In this document: in pieces, positions 18,712 to 28,500 of the stretch
How positions within the stretch are numbered: the first letter of the stretch is position 1
Layout of the letters: every line of letters begins with the position of its first letter
DNA from: Chloroflexota bacterium
GTDB lineage: Bacteria > Chloroflexota > Dehalococcoidia > Lucifugimonadales > UBA3495
Direction: 5' to 3'
Assembly: GCA_027623675.1 (NCBI GenBank)
Contig: JAQBVF010000014.1
Span: 1 to 64,000, forward strand
Length of the DNA stretch: 64,000 bases
Notes under the pieces: model-generated
Databases searched by the model: none
The model's input: the letters and a program-made list of their open reading frames with translations, nothing else
Told to the model about the DNA's origin: nothing
Translations under genes and position numbers: made by a program

Positions 18712-20321
18712 GCTTAACGTCGATCAAGACGGTTGGGCTTAGATTATTGACCGGAGGACGCAACACCCCTCCCGTGGTGATCTGGGCGCCGGCCGTCCTG
18801 GTCGGGGCCGCGCTGCTGCTGCCGTTGGTCTACCTGGTCGTGCGGACCCTAGACTCGGGCGGAGACGTTTGGGACCTGCTATACCGGCAACGGGTGGCAG
18901 CCATCCTGGGCCGGACCATCCTCTTGATCATCTCCGTCACGGCGGCTTCCGTGGTCCTGGCCCTGCCCCTGGCCTGGCTCACCGCCCGGACCGACATACC
19001 CTTCCGCCGTGGGTGGATCGTGCTTTCGGCCCTGCCGCTGGTCATTCCAAGCTACGTCGCGGGTTTCATCGTGATCGCCGCCCTTGGCCCCAGGGGCATG
19101 CTTCAGCAGGCGTTGGAGAGCCCGTTCAACATCGACCGGTTGCCTGACATTCACGGTTTCGCCGGAGCGATGCTAACCCTCACATTTCTCAGTTTCCCGT
19201 ATGTGGTGTTGACGGTCCGGGCGGCTTTGCTGCGTATCGACCCATCCCTCGAAGAATCGTCACGGGGATTGGGAATGGGCAGTTGGGCCACCTTCTTCTC
19301 GGTGACCCTGCCTCTGTTGCGGCCGGGCATCGCCGCCGGAGGGCTCCTGGTCGCCCTCTACACTCTCTCCGATTTCGGGGCCGTGTCTCTTCTACATTAC
19401 GAGACGTTCACCTGGGCCATCTTCGTACAATACGAGGCCGCCTTGGACCGCACCTTGGGGGCGGGGTTGTCGCTGGCGCTTGTGGTCCTGGCTCTGGCCA
19501 TCGTGGGTCTGGAGGTTTTCAGCCGGGGAAGGGCCCGCTATTACAGCAGTTCAACCTCCGCATCCCGCCCGCCGACGATCGTGCGCCTGGGAACGTGGCG
19601 CTGGCCTGCCCTCGCGTTCTGCACGGCGGTGGTGGCGGTTTCATTGGCTGCGCCCATGTCCGTCTTGGGGTATTGGGTTGCCAGGGGAATCTCAGCCGGA
19701 GAGCCAGTCAACGTGGTCTGGGAGGCGGTGGGGAATTCGGTCTACATCGCGGCGTTGGCCGCAACCGCGGCCGTGGTTGCGGCTCTGCCGGTGGCGGCGC
19801 TATCGGTGCGGTATCACGGCGCCCTCAGCGGCCTGTTGGAACGGCTGAGTTACGTCGGGTTCGCTCTGCCGGGAATCGCCATTGCTTTGGCGTTAGTCTT
19901 CTTTGGCGCCAGGTACGCGCCACCCTTGTACCAGACCACCGGGTTGTTGCTGCTGGCCTACGTGGTGCTGTTCCTCTCGCCGGCGCTTGGCGCGGTACGG
20001 ACTTCATTGCTCCAGATCAGCCCCAGGATCGAGGAAGCGGCGCGTAGCCTGGGCAACAGCCCCCTGCGGGCATTCTCATCGGTGACGCTGCCGGTGGCCC
20101 GGCCGGGACTGCTTGCCGGTTGGGCATTGGTCTTTCTGTTGGTGATGAAAGAGTTGCCCGCCACATTGATCCTCAGTCCCATCGGGTTCAACACACTGGC
20201 CACGTCCATCTGGTCGGCGGCATCCGAGGCGTTCTTCGCCCGGGCGGCATTGCCTGCATTGCTGCTGATCGCCGCGTCGGCCATTCCCCTGGCCTTCCTC
20301 ATGCTCCGTGAGCGCCGGTAG
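18708..20321 (+). CDS. Fe(III) ABC transporter permease (FbpB family)
   Basis: Two EAA loops (LEESSRGLG, IEEAARSLG), PSYV, SDFG, MKELPATL. Confidence 0.93.
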   Translation: MSLTSIKTVGLRLLTGGRNTPPVVIWAPAVLVGAALLLPLVYLVVRTLDSGGDVWDLLYRQRVAAILGRTILLIISVTAASVVLALPLAWLTARTDIPFRRGWIVLSALPLVIPSYVAGFIVIAALGPRGMLQQALESPFNIDRLPDIHGFAGAMLTLTFLSFPYVVLTVRAALLRIDPSLEESSRGLGMGSWATFFSVTLPLLRPGIAAGGLLVALYTLSDFGAVSLLHYETFTWAIFVQYEAALDRTLGAGLSLALVVLALAIVGLEVFSRGRARYYSSSTSASRPPTIVRLGTWRWPALAFCTAVVAVSLAAPMSVLGYWVARGISAGEPVNVVWEAVGNSVYIAALAATAAVVAALPVAALSVRYHGALSGLLERLSYVGFALPGIAIALALVFFGARYAPPLYQTTGLLLLAYVVLFLSPALGAVRTSLLQISPRIEEAARSLGNSPLRAFSSVTLPVARPGLLAGWALVFLLVMKELPATLILSPIGFNTLATSIWSAASEAFFARAALPALLLIAASAIPLAFLMLRERR

Positions 20322-20394
20322 GCTATAATCTAGCCGCCCGGTCCCGGCCTGCGGGCCAATGGTTATTCGTCTCGGAATATTCTGGAGGAGTCCG

Positions 20395-21696
20395 TTGCCT
20401 CAGATTGACAACCCCCTCGCTGATAACACCCTAAGGATAATCCTGCCCGGCAAACTGATTGACGGGGTCGCCGACAAGGTCCAAGAAGGGATGGCCGTAG
20501 CCATCCAGGGCAGCGCCATCAGGTGGGCCGGCCCGGCCTCGGAAGCGGAGAGTCTGGACAGCGCCGGCGCGCCTAGAGAGACATTGCATTTTCCCGGCGG
20601 GACACTGCTGGCCGGGCTATTCGATATCCACACCCACACCAACATGCCTGGCGACGGCCGGACCGGCGAGCAGGTCAACGACGACGACAACGACGAGATC
20701 CGGCTCCTGCGTTCGGCCCGCAACTCCACCGCGGCAGTGGCCTCAGGCGTCACCACCATGTGCGACTGCGGTTCATGGGGCCGGACGGCCTTCGCCCTGA
20801 AAGAAGGGTTGGCCCAGGGCTTGGTGGAAGGCCCCAGGGTTTTGGTCTCCGGCCCGCCGCTGACCGTGACCGGCGGGCACCTCTGGTACATGGGCGGCGA
20901 GGCCGACGGCCTGGACGCAGTGCGCGCGCGTGTCCGGTACCTGATCAAGCAGGGGGCAGATTTCATCAAGATTGCTGCTTCCGGCGGCAGCACTCTCACC
21001 AGCGACCCCTACCGGGCGTCGTACTCGGTGGCCGAATTGACCGCCATCGTGGAAGAGGCCCACAACCGGGGCCGCTCTGTTCTGGCCCACTGCCGCTGCA
21101 CCGACGCCATCAATGCGGCGCTCGACGCCGGGGTGGACGCGATCCTGCATTGCTCTTTCTACGATAATGACGGCAGCTACCGGTACGACGACAAGACCGC
21201 CGGCCGGCTGGCCGCCTCGGAGGTTTGGCTCAACCCCACCATGGGCCTGGGCAACGCCAACCGGACCCGGCTGGCCAAGATCAAGACCGAGCGCGCCCTG
21301 ACCGCCGACGAAGAGGTACGCCTGGAGCGCTCCACGTCTTCCGGCGAACGGTCGCTGGCCCAGTTCACCGCCCTGGTGAAGGCCGGAGTGAAGCTGGTGG
21401 GCGGCTCCGACTGCGGTTGGAGCTACTACCCATTCGGCGACTTTCAAGGGGAGATCATGACCCTCCATGCCGCCGGCCTGTCAGCCATTGAGGCCATCCA
21501 CGCCGGTACGCGCAGCCCCGCGGCCGCCCTGGGCATCGATAACATCATCGGGACCGTGGAAGCGGGCAAGGAGGCCGACCTGCTGGTGGTGAACGGCGAT
21601 CCCACCCAGAACATGGAGAACCTCAGAGACGTGGCCGCCGTGTTCAAAGGCGGCGATAGAGTCGCCACGGCCAAAGAAAGAGCGGGGGCCGGTTAA
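20395..21696 (+). CDS. Metal-dependent amidohydrolase family protein
   Basis: DIHTH, GADFIK, AHC, LHC, GSD, GTVEAGKEADLLVV; RBS GGAGGA before TTG. Confidence 0.9.
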   Translation: MPQIDNPLADNTLRIILPGKLIDGVADKVQEGMAVAIQGSAIRWAGPASEAESLDSAGAPRETLHFPGGTLLAGLFDIHTHTNMPGDGRTGEQVNDDDNDEIRLLRSARNSTAAVASGVTTMCDCGSWGRTAFALKEGLAQGLVEGPRVLVSGPPLTVTGGHLWYMGGEADGLDAVRARVRYLIKQGADFIKIAASGGSTLTSDPYRASYSVAELTAIVEEAHNRGRSVLAHCRCTDAINAALDAGVDAILHCSFYDNDGSYRYDDKTAGRLAASEVWLNPTMGLGNANRTRLAKIKTERALTADEEVRLERSTSSGERSLAQFTALVKAGVKLVGGSDCGWSYYPFGDFQGEIMTLHAAGLSAIEAIHAGTRSPAAALGIDNIIGTVEAGKEADLLVVNGDPTQNMENLRDVAAVFKGGDRVATAKERAGAG

Positions 21697-21700
21697 CCAG

Positions 21701-22075
21701 ATGCACCACTGGAAGTTGGGCGGACCGATCAGCATCGGCTGGCCGGACCATGATGTGCCGGAGCGGGCCTACACGATCGTTGAGGAAGAACGACTGGGCC
21801 AGGTGTTCCGCGCCAGGGTCACCGACGGCAAGAAAGAGGGCGGGTTCCTGGTGGTCTTCGACTGCCCTGAAGTCGTTCTGGAGATGCTGGCTGACCGGGC
21901 GACCCAGCGGTTGGGCTTCAAGGTTATCGTGTCCAATCTGCGGTGCAGTATCGAGGGAACCATCCTCCGCAGCTTCGACTACGAATGGTATTCCACGCCC
22001 GAATTCGCCGACCGTCCCGGCAACCTGGCCCGCACCATCGCCGAGACCCTGGAAGAGATGCGAAGTTCCGGATAG
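21701..22075 (+). CDS. Hypothetical protein
   Basis: Starts 4 bp after the amidohydrolase stop, typical codon usage; no domain recognised. Confidence 0.7.
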   Translation: MHHWKLGGPISIGWPDHDVPERAYTIVEEERLGQVFRARVTDGKKEGGFLVVFDCPEVVLEMLADRATQRLGFKVIVSNLRCSIEGTILRSFDYEWYSTPEFADRPGNLARTIAETLEEMRSSG

Positions 22076-22192
22076 CGGCGGGGACGCCAGGGACCCAAGC
22101 TACGCCCGGCTGTGGACTTACCCCAGATCAGATTGTATTATTATGTCCGCCTAAATCTCCCACCTCAGGTGGACCCGCAGCAGGAGGAATCT

Positions 22193-22576
22193 ATGAAGAA
22201 AGTTACTATGAGCAGTGTGCCTAGGACCAAGGCCGACATGAGTGATCTGGGCTCCGGCGGTCTGATGACCGGCACACAGGTCTGGCGCCAGAGCATACTG
22301 GACCCCGCGGACAGCAATAATTTCAACTTCGCCATCGTCGCCTTTGACGCCGGTTCCCGGAACAAGTTCCACAAGCACTCCGGCGACCAGATCCTGGTTG
22401 TAACCGAGGGAACCGGCATCGTAGCCACCGATGATGAGTCCCTGACCGTCACCGAGGGCGATGTGGTTGTCATTCCCGCCGGCGAGAACCACTGGCACGG
22501 CGCTCCCGACTCCACCTCCATGGCCCACATCACCATCACCGTGAAGGGCAGCCAAACCGAACAAACCGAAGCCTAG
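22193..22576 (+). CDS. Cupin-domain protein
   Basis: HKHSGDQILVVTEG, GDVVVIPAGENHWHGA; RBS AGGAGG. Confidence 0.9.
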   Translation: MKKVTMSSVPRTKADMSDLGSGGLMTGTQVWRQSILDPADSNNFNFAIVAFDAGSRNKFHKHSGDQILVVTEGTGIVATDDESLTVTEGDVVVIPAGENHWHGAPDSTSMAHITITVKGSQTEQTEA

Positions 22577-22595
22577 GGACGATCCGGATACGCCG

Positions 22596-22644
22596 AAAAA
22601 GAAGAGACCCCCGGGGATGATAAACATCTCCGGGGGCCTTTTTG
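22596..22644. terminator. Bidirectional Rho-independent terminator
   Basis: CCCCCGGGGATG / CATCTCCGGGGG stem with an A-tract on the left and a T-tract on the right, between convergent genes. Confidence 0.75.
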
Positions 22645-22667
22645 TTTGAGGTTCGCGGTACTAACGC

Positions 22668-23549
22668 TCAGTCGCCCGTCGATTCAGCGATGAGGCGGAT
22701 GGTCTCGGCCAAATCGCGATTCTTGTCACGGCTCTCCGGGTTTTCGTCGCCCAAAGGCGTGCTGCCGATCATCCGGTACATGTCGGCCACGCCCTTGAAG
22801 ATGTTGGGCGTGAGGCCCAGGCCATCGAACGTCGCCTCGATCTGCTCCATCTCGCTAACCCAACGGCGGGACTTGGCAGGCATCCCAGGCATCCAGCCTT
22901 CCATGCGTCTCACCAACGCCGGCATGCCGTCCTCGAATTCGGCCATCAGCTCTTTGGTCAGACCCTGTTTCTCAGCCGCTATCAACAGCTCGGCTTGCAG
23001 GGCTGTTGTGCCCTTGGTCATGGCCGCGTAGCACATCTTGATTCCCGACGCGCGGCCCAGTTGCGGCCCCAGATCGCGAACGTCCAGACCGAACTCCCGA
23101 AGCTGCATCAACTCTGCAACGTTGTCGCCAGAGGAATAGAGCCGGGGGCTGGAGCCGTTGCGGGGCGGCCCGCCGATCACGGAAGCATCCACATAACGGG
23201 CGCCCGACGCGGTCAGCACACCTTCCATCTCCTTGCTCAAAGCAGGGGCGATGGCGTTGCATTCGGCGAACAGCAAGTCTGCTCCGGTGGCTTTCACGGC
23301 GTCGGCGACTTCGCGGCACAGTCCGGGAACCGCCTCTGATACGGTGATGGACAACAGTATGTCGGACTGTTGGACCAGGTCATTCAGATCGGGCACATCG
23401 GTGATCCCGGCCTTCTCAGATAGCGCACGCGTCCGTTGGCTGCGGCCCGACAGACAGGTCAGGACCTCCAGCTCATGTTCTTTCAGAAGTTGGCCAATGG
23501 CGTGCCCCATGTCTCCGGGGCTTAGTATCGCTACAGTTTCGATCGACAT
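22668..23549 (-). CDS. NAD(P)-dependent oxidoreductase (beta-hydroxyacid dehydrogenase / DUF1932 type)
   Basis: SPGDMG, ECNAIAP, YVDASVIGGPP, ASGIKMCYA, RWVSEMEQI. Confidence 0.85.
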   Translation of the reverse strand: MSIETVAILSPGDMGHAIGQLLKEHELEVLTCLSGRSQRTRALSEKAGITDVPDLNDLVQQSDILLSITVSEAVPGLCREVADAVKATGADLLFAECNAIAPALSKEMEGVLTASGARYVDASVIGGPPRNGSSPRLYSSGDNVAELMQLREFGLDVRDLGPQLGRASGIKMCYAAMTKGTTALQAELLIAAEKQGLTKELMAEFEDGMPALVRRMEGWMPGMPAKSRRWVSEMEQIEATFDGLGLTPNIFKGVADMYRMIGSTPLGDENPESRDKNRDLAETIRLIAESTGD

Positions 23550-23619
23550 CACAGTCTCCCTTTCACTATCACTTCTAAGTATATGCCCGTACCCGCCGTA
23601 TCTGCTAATCAGGGGTTCA

Positions 23620-24495
23620 TTAATCGGGTTCGCCGGGACTGGGCTGGCCTATCCTGAGTTGGTGGGCGATCGGCAGCGGGTCTGGCACCCGTCGGGGTCT
23701 CAGGTTCGTGTAGACCATCACCAAGGCGAACACCGCGGCCTCCACCAGCACCACGCTGGCGCCAGACGAAACGTCGATGAAGAAGCTGAGGTAGATGCCC
23801 ACGAAGCCGCAGGCAGCGCCAAGCGCGGTCGAAAGTAGCAGCACGGTGCGGAACTGGTCGCTGAGCATCCGGGCCGAAACGGGCGGAATAACCGTGGCGC
23901 CGGCGATGAGCAGCACGCCCAACACCTGCATGGAGACCACGATGGTCGCCGCGAGCACCAGGGAAAACAGGGTCTCCACCCAGCCGGTGGGAACTCCGTA
24001 GAACTCGGCAACCTCGCCGTCAAACGTGGCGAACAGGAAGTACTTGTAGGCGACGAACAGCACGCCAATGGCCGCTAACGTGACCACCACGATGGCCATC
24101 AGGTCGCCCGCGCTCACCCCCAGAATGTTGCCGAAGAGGGCGGCCTCGAAGTCCCTGGTGAACGACTTGTACCGGCTGATCAGGACGATGCCAAAGGCGA
24201 AGCTGGCCGTGGTGATAACGCCAATGGCGGCGTCGGCCGCTATCTTGCGCTTCTTGGCGGTGAGGGTGATCAACTGGGCGCAGAAGAACCCCCAGACGGT
24301 GGCGCCAACCAAGAAGTTGATGGACAGCACAAAGCTGACCACCGCCCCGCCTAACACAGCGTGGGACAGTCCATGACCGATGTAGGCCATCCGCTTGAGC
24401 ACGACGTACACCCCGATCATGCCGCACAGTCCGCCAACGAGGGTGGCCGCGATCAGGCCGCGCACGAAGAACTGGTAGTCGAATGGCTCAAACAT
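23620..24495 (-). CDS. Zn/Mn ABC transporter permease
   Basis: YIGHGLSH, ALFGNILG, ABC-3-type hydrophobic pattern. Confidence 0.93.
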   Translation of the reverse strand: MFEPFDYQFFVRGLIAATLVGGLCGMIGVYVVLKRMAYIGHGLSHAVLGGAVVSFVLSINFLVGATVWGFFCAQLITLTAKKRKIAADAAIGVITTASFAFGIVLISRYKSFTRDFEAALFGNILGVSAGDLMAIVVVTLAAIGVLFVAYKYFLFATFDGEVAEFYGVPTGWVETLFSLVLAATIVVSMQVLGVLLIAGATVIPPVSARMLSDQFRTVLLLSTALGAACGFVGIYLSFFIDVSSGASVVLVEAAVFALVMVYTNLRPRRVPDPLPIAHQLRIGQPSPGEPD

Positions 24496-25516
24496 GGTTG
24501 CCGCCCTCGCCGGTATCCGCCTCAGTTTCGGCATGTTGGTGGCCGGCGTGGTGAACGTGGCCGTCAACATTCTTTGGATCGGCGCGATGGACCCTGATGT
24601 GCCTGGCCTCGGTCGCCGGGTCAAACCGGCGACCGCCCACATGGCTGGCTTCTTCGACCGGGTCGCCGCCCGGTTGGTGCACGTGGACCGGGGGCAGGGT
24701 TTCTTTTCCGTTCGAGCCGTAAGAGTGGGGGCTTTCGGCCACGATGGTCATGCCATCGTAGTGGATCACCGGCATCTCGGCGCCGTAGGTGAGCTTCAAG
24801 ACCTCGGTGGTTATGACCTCCGATGGCGGCCCTTCGGCCAGTATCCGGCCCGCCAGACACACGACCCAAGGCAGATGCACGGCGACGGCGTTGATCTCGT
24901 GGGTGGTGATGATGATGGTCACGCCGTCGTGGTTAAGGTCGTGGAGCAGGTGCATCACGTCGTCCCTAGTCTTGATGTCCACTCCGGAGGTAGGCTCGTC
25001 CAACAGCAACAGTTCGGGACTGCTGACCAGAGCGCGAGCCAAGAATACCCGCTGCTGCTGCCCGCCGGAAAGTTCGCGGATGTGCCGTCCCGCCAGGTCC
25101 AAGATGCCCAGCCGGTCCATCATATCCTTGGCTAGCGCTTTATCTTCCTTGCGGTGCCAGGGGAATAGGCGGTTCTCCATGGTGCGGCCCATCATCACCA
25201 CTTCTTGGACAGTGACGGGGAAATTCCAGTCGATGGTCTCCAACTGGGGCACGTAACCGACCCTGGGGCGCTTCCGGGATGTGGAGACGCCATTGACCAG
25301 GACCTCGCCCTCGTAGAGGTCGACGGCGCCGAGCACGGTGCGCAGCAAAGTGGTCTTGCCCGAGCCGCTGGGGCCCAGCAGACCGACGAAATCGCCGCGC
25401 ATCACCCGCAGGCTGACGTCGGACAGCACCCGCTGCTTCTCGTAGCCGCAGGTGACCGACTTGATATCTACGACGGGCTCTCCTGGCCCGCGTTCATGTG
25501 GCAGGGGGTGTAACAT
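24488..25516 (-). CDS. Zn/Mn ABC transporter ATP-binding protein with a long His-containing tail
   Basis: GPSGSGKT, YVPQ, IDWNFPVTV, LSGGQQQR, DEPTSGVD. Confidence 0.93.
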   Translation of the reverse strand: MLHPLPHERGPGEPVVDIKSVTCGYEKQRVLSDVSLRVMRGDFVGLLGPSGSGKTTLLRTVLGAVDLYEGEVLVNGVSTSRKRPRVGYVPQLETIDWNFPVTVQEVVMMGRTMENRLFPWHRKEDKALAKDMMDRLGILDLAGRHIRELSGGQQQRVFLARALVSSPELLLLDEPTSGVDIKTRDDVMHLLHDLNHDGVTIIITTHEINAVAVHLPWVVCLAGRILAEGPPSEVITTEVLKLTYGAEMPVIHYDGMTIVAESPHSYGSNGKETLPPVHVHQPGGDPVEEASHVGGRRFDPATEARHIRVHRADPKNVDGHVHHAGHQHAETEADTGEGGNHV

Positions 25517-25526
25517 TGTCTTCCTT

Positions 25527-25558
25527 TTGATCTATCGGCTTGATCTATCGGCGATCTA
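25527..25558. repeat. 13-bp tandem repeat x2 plus a partial copy (TTGATCTATCGGC)
   Basis: Read directly, just upstream of the ATPase RBS. Confidence 0.8.
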
Positions 25559-25597
25559 ACCCGGTTCTTGGCTGCTCATCTAAGCGCTTCTAGCCGC

Positions 25598-28500
25598 TTA
25601 ATGGTGGTGGTGCGGGTCCACTTCGGGCATACCGGGCAGCGGGCCGCCGCGGTGGTCCGCGTGCCCCTCGTGATGCCCGTCTCCTTGGTGGCCGGATTGA
25701 TGGTGGGCGTCACGGTTCTCCCCGGAGTGTTTTTCCTCGGTGTGTTTTTCCTCGGGATGGCCCGCCCCCGATGCGGCGCCGACCAACTGGGTGGAAACTA
25801 ACTGGGAGTACAGACCGTGGCTCGCCAGCAGTTCGTGATGATTGCCCTGCTCGACGGCGTGTCCGTTGTCCAGCACCACGATCCGGTCGGCGTCCCGGAC
25901 GGTGGACAGCCGGTGGGCGATCACCAGCGTGGTCCGGCCTTCCATCAAGGTTTCCAGGGCATTCCGGACCTGGCGTTCGTTGACCGCGTCCAAGTAGGAC
26001 GTGGCCTCGTCGAGTATCAGGAGCGGCGCGTTCTTCAATAGCGCCCTGGCGATGGATATGCGCTGCCGCTGGCCGCCCGAGAGCTGCATGCCCCGTTCGC
26101 CAACCTTGGTATCGTAGCCGTCGGGGAACGATGCGATAAATTCATGGGCGTTGGCCTGGCGCGCCGCGGTTTCGATCTCGGCGTCGGTTGCGTCGATCTT
26201 ACCCAGTCTCAGGTTGTCGCGAATGCTGGCGTTGAAAAGATAGGTGTCTTGGGACACCAACGCGATCTTGCGGCGCAGGTCGTCCAATTCAAATTCCCGC
26301 AGGTCGTGGCCGCCCAGACGCACGTGTCCCTCGGCTGGGTCCCAGAACCGCATGACCAGGTTGGCGCAGGTGGTCTTCCCGGCGCCGGACCGCCCGACCA
26401 GGGCCACGGTCTGCCCCGGATCGACATCAAAGCTCACGCCGTGCAGGGCCTGTGCTTCGCCCTCGCCGTAGGAGAACCCCACGTGTTCGAAGCTGAGCGC
26501 CGGCGACGGTTTGGAGCCGTTGGGGCTGGAAGGCACGCCGGGGCCGTCGATCACGGGCACCGGTTCGTCATGCACAACGAACAAACGGCGGGCCGCCGCC
26601 AGGGTTTCCATCAGTTGCTTGATGGTCCTGGCGATATCTGCGATGGGGGCGAAGGCCGCCACCGAAAGGACCACCGACAGTACCAACTGGGTACGGGAAA
26701 TATCGCCGTTGGTCATGAGCCACACGCCCATGGCCAAGACGGCCAGGCCGCCCAAGGCGGTCATGCCCTCGATGAACCCGACCTGGAAGGCCCTTTCCTT
26801 CAAGAATCTAAGCTGGAAGTGGGCGAATCGCCAGCTATTTGCCACCATCTCCGCCGTGCGGGACGGACCCTGACCAAATGCCGCGATCTCCCGCATCCCC
26901 TGGATGCTGTCCACCATGTGGGCGTGGACATCGCCCAACTGACTGCGCAGCTCTTCTCCCAGACCCTCGGAACGTTTCTGGGCCATGAAGGGGCTGATGG
27001 CGGTGGCCAACAGGAACGGCGAAAGCACCAGCGCGACGGGCCAGGCGATGAACGCCAGCGTAGCCAGCACGCCCGCCGGGACCAGGATGGCGACGAAGGC
27101 TGGGGTGATGGTGTGGGCGAAGAAGAACTCCACCAGCTCCACATCGCCTCCAACCACGCTCACCAGGTCGCCCGAACGGCGGCGCACCATGTAGGCCGGG
27201 GTCAGAGGGTCAAGCTTGTTGTAGACATCCACCCGCATCTCGGCCAGCAGCCGGTAGGCCATGTCGTGGGCCACCCAAGACTCAGCCCAGGTGAAGAAGG
27301 CGGCCAGGGGCACGAACACCCCCAGCAGGACCAGAAGCGCCGTCAGGTCGCCGCCAGTGATTACCTCGCCGACCAACAGGGCGCTGATAACGCTTAGCCC
27401 GATGATGGAACCGTGATGAAGCAGGCCCAAAAAGAACGTCAGGGCCAATTCGCCGCGCCATGGGCGGACCAGTTGAAACAGCCTGCGCCAGACCGTCATG
27501 AAGCCCAAGCGGGATGCCGGGGCGGTTGCGGCCCCGGCAGTCGGCACGGCATGATGGTGGTGACCTTCGCCCTGGTGGGCGGGCTGGGGCACGAAGGCCC
27601 CCGTGTCCGGGGCAGGCGCGGTGTCATGAGCCAGGACGGCGGAAGCACCGGCGTGGGCGTGTTCCTTACCCGGATCGCCAACGTGTTCGTCGTCGATATC
27701 CTGCTGCTGGGCCATCAAGCTGGAGTAGACGCCGCCGGCGGCCACCAACTCAGAGTGGGTCCCCGACTCCACCAGGCGTCCGTCTTCCAGCACGATGATG
27801 CGGTCGGCGTTGACCACACTGGATAGCCGGTGGGCGATTATCAAGGTGGTGCGGCCTTCCATCAAACGGTCGAGGGCCTCTTGGATGACTGCCTCGTTCT
27901 CGGCATCCACGCTGGACAGGGCCTCGTCCAGGACCAGGATTGGGGCGTTCTTCAACAGCGCCCGGGCGATGGCGATGCGTTGTTTCTGTCCGCCGGACAG
28001 GCGGACCGCGCGCTCTCCCACAACGGTGTCATAGCCGTTCGGCAGGTGGCTGATGAATTCGTGGGCATTGGCGGCTTTGGCCGCGGTTTCGAGGTCTTCT
28101 TGGGTTGCGCCGGGCCCTCCGAATCGCAGATTCTCCGCCACGGTGCCGTGGAACAGGTAGGTGTCTTGGGTCACGACCGCCACCTGGTCCCGCAACTGGG
28201 CCAGGGGAATCTCCCGAATGTCGGCGCCACCCAGCAGGATCCGGCCGCTCTGGGGGTCGAAGAACCGCAGGATGGACCAGACAATGGTGGATTTGCCCGC
28301 TCCGCTGGGGCCGACCAGGCCGAGGGTTTCACCGGCTTTCAGGGTGAAAGACAGGCCGTGTAGCGCGGGCCGGCGGCCGCCGCTGTATGCGTAATCGACC
28401 GACTCGAACCTCAATTCGGGGATAAGGTCCAAGCGTGCCGAGCCGTCGGCAGGCTCAGCCACCTCGATCTCGGCGTCCATTATGTCGAAGATGCCCTCAG

